Source: Candidatus Latescibacterota bacterium (lineage in GTDB: Bacteria; Latescibacterota; UBA2968; UBA8231). Taken from it: a stretch of 64,000 nucleotides of DNA. Numbering within the stretch: the stretch's first letter is position 1; each line of letters opens with the position of its first letter. Location: contig OY730476.1 in assembly GCA_963422735.1 (NCBI GenBank), forward strand, positions 3,680,001-3,744,000, given 5' to 3'. The translations under genes were made by a program, and so were the position numbers. Below, in pieces: positions 61,143 to 64,000 of this stretch. The notes under the pieces are model-generated. The model did no database searches, was not told the DNA's origin, and saw only the letters and a list, made by a program, of their open reading frames with translations.

Positions 61143-61868
61143 ATGAACGAAAATCCCAATAACAACGCGGACTACCCCAAGGCCGACCGGAATAGGACGC
61201 TGTCAGAGAAAGCGAGCCTCGACCTCGAGGCGTATATCGAGGAGCAGGGCCTGACGCCTGGTTCGAGGATCCCTTCCGAGCGGCAGATCGGCGAAATGCT
61301 CGGGGTGAGTCGCACGGTCGTGCGAGAAGCGGTGCGTCTGTTAGTGGCTAGAGGTCTAGTGGCGTCGAGGATGGGCTCGGGGACCTATATACAGAAGCTA
61401 ACACCCAGTCGGGTCATATCCGAACCGATGGCCATGCTGCTGCGGAACGGCGCGATCTCGTCGGAGCACATGATTGAGGCACGGAACCTAGTTGAGCCCG
61501 AGATCAGTGCCCTCGCTGCCCTGCGGGCCACCGAGTCTGATGTCCGCTCCCTCGAATCCACTATAGAAGTGCTCTCCGAATCGAGTGCGACCAACGAGGA
61601 ATGTGCCAGAGCCGATGCGGCCTTCCATTCAGGCATCGCAACGGCGACGGGCAACCCGCTCTTGCAGGCGTTGTTGGTCAGCCTCGATGAAGTCGTCTAC
61701 GAAGTATGTCTCAGGGGTTATAAGGAGCACCCTAAAGCTCGCCAGCGGGTTCGCGGGTATCACATGGCCATCCTGTCCAGCGTGAAGGAGGGCGACCAAG
61801 CCGGAGCGCGGCGGTATATGGATGCCCATATCGGATACACTGCCACCAGCTCGCGTCTCTACGGATGA
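61143..61868 (+). CDS. FadR-subfamily GntR transcriptional regulator
   Basis: PGSRIPSERQIGEMLGVSRTVVREAV..GSGTYI HTH plus FCD domain (ADAAFH..IA.ATGNPLL). Confidence 0.95.
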   Translation: MNENPNNNADYPKADRNRTLSEKASLDLEAYIEEQGLTPGSRIPSERQIGEMLGVSRTVVREAVRLLVARGLVASRMGSGTYIQKLTPSRVISEPMAMLLRNGAISSEHMIEARNLVEPEISALAALRATESDVRSLESTIEVLSESSATNEECARADAAFHSGIATATGNPLLQALLVSLDEVVYEVCLRGYKEHPKARQRVRGYHMAILSSVKEGDQAGARRYMDAHIGYTATSSRLYG

Positions 61869-63229
61869 CGATGGCTCGACGCCGAGTCCTTCCGCTTCTA
61901 GCCCCCCTGATTTTGGCACTGTCGGCGAGTTCCTTAGGCGCGGCCACATCACTTGTCGTCGACCACGTCAACATCCCCCAAGTCGACTACGAACCCGCGA
62001 TCTACTACGACGACGGCGATCCACTTCCCCATCTGGATTTCGGGCGCATCAATTGGAAGCGCATAGTAGACAAGCTGCACAGACGCGTGGTGCTAGAATC
62101 CGACTATGTGCGCGTGGAGGTGCTGCCGGAGATGGGACGGGTGTACTCTCTCATCGACAAGCGAACCGGTCACGACGTGCTGTGGAAGAACGACATTGTG
62201 CGCCCCGGAGGTGCGAACAACCCCACTGGCTTTTGGCTTTGGATCGGCGGGATCGAATATACGCTTCCGGGCTACGAACACGGCACGACCTTCGCGATAC
62301 CCTGGACGTGGAAGATCCTTGAGGACAGCCCAGACCGGGTATCCATGTCGATGGCAACGACTGAGCCGCTGACGGGTCTGACCCAGAGAGTCAGACTGAC
62401 GGTCCATCGAGGCTCAGCGGCCCTGGAGGCCCAGATCCACCTTCACAATCCAGGAGCTGACACCGTTCAGTTCGCCCACTGGGTCAATCCCATGTGGGCC
62501 CCTGGAGGTGAGAATGAGCTGACCGACAACACGGAGTTCATCATTCCCACAGCGAGCATCCTGATCGCCGACCGCTGGCAGAAAAACTTAGGACCGAGTC
62601 CACAGGCATGGAGCGAGAGCCCGTTGCGCTACATCCGGGGATGGAAGGCTGGGGATATCATGGCCGACGGATTGACGGCCGGCTATTACAGTGCCTACTC
62701 CCACGACGCTGGAGAGGGCGTAGTCCGAGTCTTCGATCCCGTCCTCAACCCAGGAGTCGACGTATGGACCTACGGCTTCCATCCGACGGAGATTCCCATG
62801 GGATCTGGCCAGCCCAACAAGGGCTACGTCGAGATGTGGGGTGGCACGTCGGTGCTTTTTCCCGATGAGACACAGCCACTCCCACCCGGAGGCTCGCTCG
62901 CGTGGACGGAGTGGATGTACAGCTACTGGGGAACGAAGGGGATGAGTGCGGCATCGCAGATCGGCGCGATTCGCGGCAGCCTAGACGATGGGTCGCTGGA
63001 CATCGCCCTTTCGCCCGCTCTCGAGATGCCCAACGCCGTCATCGAAGTGTCGGTGGATGGTGAAGTGGCCGTTCGAGACACCGCCTCACTGACCCCGGCC
63101 AAGGTCCTGCACCGATCCTACTCAATTAAGACTGAGGAATCGCCGACCGATCTCTCCGTCGGGGTGCGACAGGGTGCCCTTCAACTCCTGTGGTTTCCAA
63201 TTACAGGAGAGAATAGGCGTCTCAAATAG
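61865..63229 (+). CDS. DUF5107-like / galactose-mutarotase-like exported protein
   Basis: LESDYVRVEVLPEMGRVYSLIDKRTG, WIGGIEY and YVEMWGG. Confidence 0.65.
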   Translation: MTMARRRVLPLLAPLILALSASSLGAATSLVVDHVNIPQVDYEPAIYYDDGDPLPHLDFGRINWKRIVDKLHRRVVLESDYVRVEVLPEMGRVYSLIDKRTGHDVLWKNDIVRPGGANNPTGFWLWIGGIEYTLPGYEHGTTFAIPWTWKILEDSPDRVSMSMATTEPLTGLTQRVRLTVHRGSAALEAQIHLHNPGADTVQFAHWVNPMWAPGGENELTDNTEFIIPTASILIADRWQKNLGPSPQAWSESPLRYIRGWKAGDIMADGLTAGYYSAYSHDAGEGVVRVFDPVLNPGVDVWTYGFHPTEIPMGSGQPNKGYVEMWGGTSVLFPDETQPLPPGGSLAWTEWMYSYWGTKGMSAASQIGAIRGSLDDGSLDIALSPALEMPNAVIEVSVDGEVAVRDTASLTPAKVLHRSYSIKTEESPTDLSVGVRQGALQLLWFPITGENRRLK

Positions 63230-63301
63230 CTATTTATAAGCAGCCTTTCCGGTCTCTTTCGAATCGTGCCCTGCGCCCCGCTGACTCACCGCCAAAAAAG
63301 C

Positions 63302-63330
63302 TTGAAATGTTTTCTCCAGCGGCATAAATT
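63302..63330 (+). promoter_or_regulatory. Sigma70-like promoter of SBP gene
   Basis: TTGAAA-N17-TAAATT. Confidence 0.7.
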
Positions 63331-63341
63331 ACTCCCACGCC

Positions 63342-63358
63342 AACCTGTCATACAGGTT
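63342..63358. promoter_or_regulatory. FadR/GntR-type operator, copy 2
   Basis: AACCTGTCATACAGGTT (extends to CC...GG), 11 bp downstream of the -10 box. Confidence 0.78.
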
Positions 63359-63456
63359 GGCCCATAAGCGGCGCGGATGTCCCCCTTCCGCGCAAACCTT
63401 CTTCCTTTAATTGTAACCTACAAGAGAATGAAGCTCGCCGTGGGGACCGCGATCGG

Positions 63457-64000
63457 ATGCGCTGGCTCTTCATGACAGTCACCGTGGGACTGATAATCGC
63501 CTCCGCAGGCATTATCGCCACCGAGCCTGGAGCGCAGAGCGAAGTGCCGATCATCTACTTCGGCACCGGTACCAATCCGTTTCGCATCAAGGATGTGGAG
63601 ATCTTCCACCAGTGGCTCATCGATAACGGCTACACGACAGAAGAGGGCAAGCCAATCCTCGAGATGCGACTCGATGTCGTACAGTCGGGAGATAAGAGCG
63701 TCATCCAAGGAGTGTCTGGGGTAGCGTCAGACATCCTGCAAGTGACGGTGCCTTGGTACCAGCAGCTCGGCCTGATCGAGGACGTCACCGACGCGGCGGA
63801 CAGCCTCGGCTTTGACGTGAGCAAGACCTGGCCAGCCCTCGAACCGCTACTGACTGTCGACGGCCGCCAGTATGGTTTCCCCGCCAACGTCACCGCCACA
63901 AGCTTTTGGGTAAACTTGGAGATCTTCGCGGCACTGGGCATGGAGCCACCGCCTAGGCGCTGGGACATATCGACCTTTGAAGCGGTGGGCCGCGAGTTTG
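63457..64000 (+). CDS. ABC transporter extracellular solute-binding protein (sugar family), 5' part
   Basis: Open from ATG 63457 to window end: MRWLFMTV...GLIEDVTD...DGRQYGFPAN....WVN...F...G...P...W; absent from the ORF track because it has no stop in the window. Confidence 0.8.
   Translation, partial: MRWLFMTVTVGLIIASAGIIATEPGAQSEVPIIYFGTGTNPFRIKDVEIFHQWLIDNGYTTEEGKPILEMRLDVVQSGDKSVIQGVSGVASDILQVTVPWYQQLGLIEDVTDAADSLGFDVSKTWPALEPLLTVDGRQYGFPANVTATSFWVNLEIFAALGMEPPPRRWDISTFEAVGREF

Overview
GC-rich bacterial window from a diderm organism. The gene content (SWxxxK-tailed secreted proteins, FlgD/T9SS-like C-terminal domains, ASPIC/UnbV-TPR pair, PhyH and enolase-superfamily paralogues) suggests an FCB-superphylum lineage such as Ca. 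Latescibacterota; this is inference. Bases 1-20 kb are mostly housekeeping: recA(3')-recX-alaS-GGGP synthase-ptsH-ptsI-metK, a lipoprotein/beta-barrel pair, clpB (sigma54-type promoter), degP, a divergent GH78-like gene, an esterase and hemH. Bases 20-30 kb hold a cusCBA-type metal efflux operon with a Cys-rich leader ORF, two short IS5-like MITEs and a frameshifted barrel gene. Bases 30-41 kb hold sugar-acid catabolic genes plus decayed IS200 and BrnT/BrnA remnants. Bases 41-64 kb are an accessory locus with a decayed araFGH transporter and the best candidate for a new system: an 8-gene minus-strand operon. It encodes a CBM9/DOMON-like secreted protein, a lipoprotein, three paralogous CTD-bearing proteins, an 879-aa putative OM barrel, a parvulin PPIase and a TPR lipoprotein. 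It is divergent from CRTAC1-TPR-FadR-DUF5107-like-sugar SBP genes. The operon promoter and the SBP promoter share a 17-bp palindromic operator at identical spacing. No rRNA, tRNA or CRISPR array was seen. All family calls are from motif recognition by eye, without database searches.
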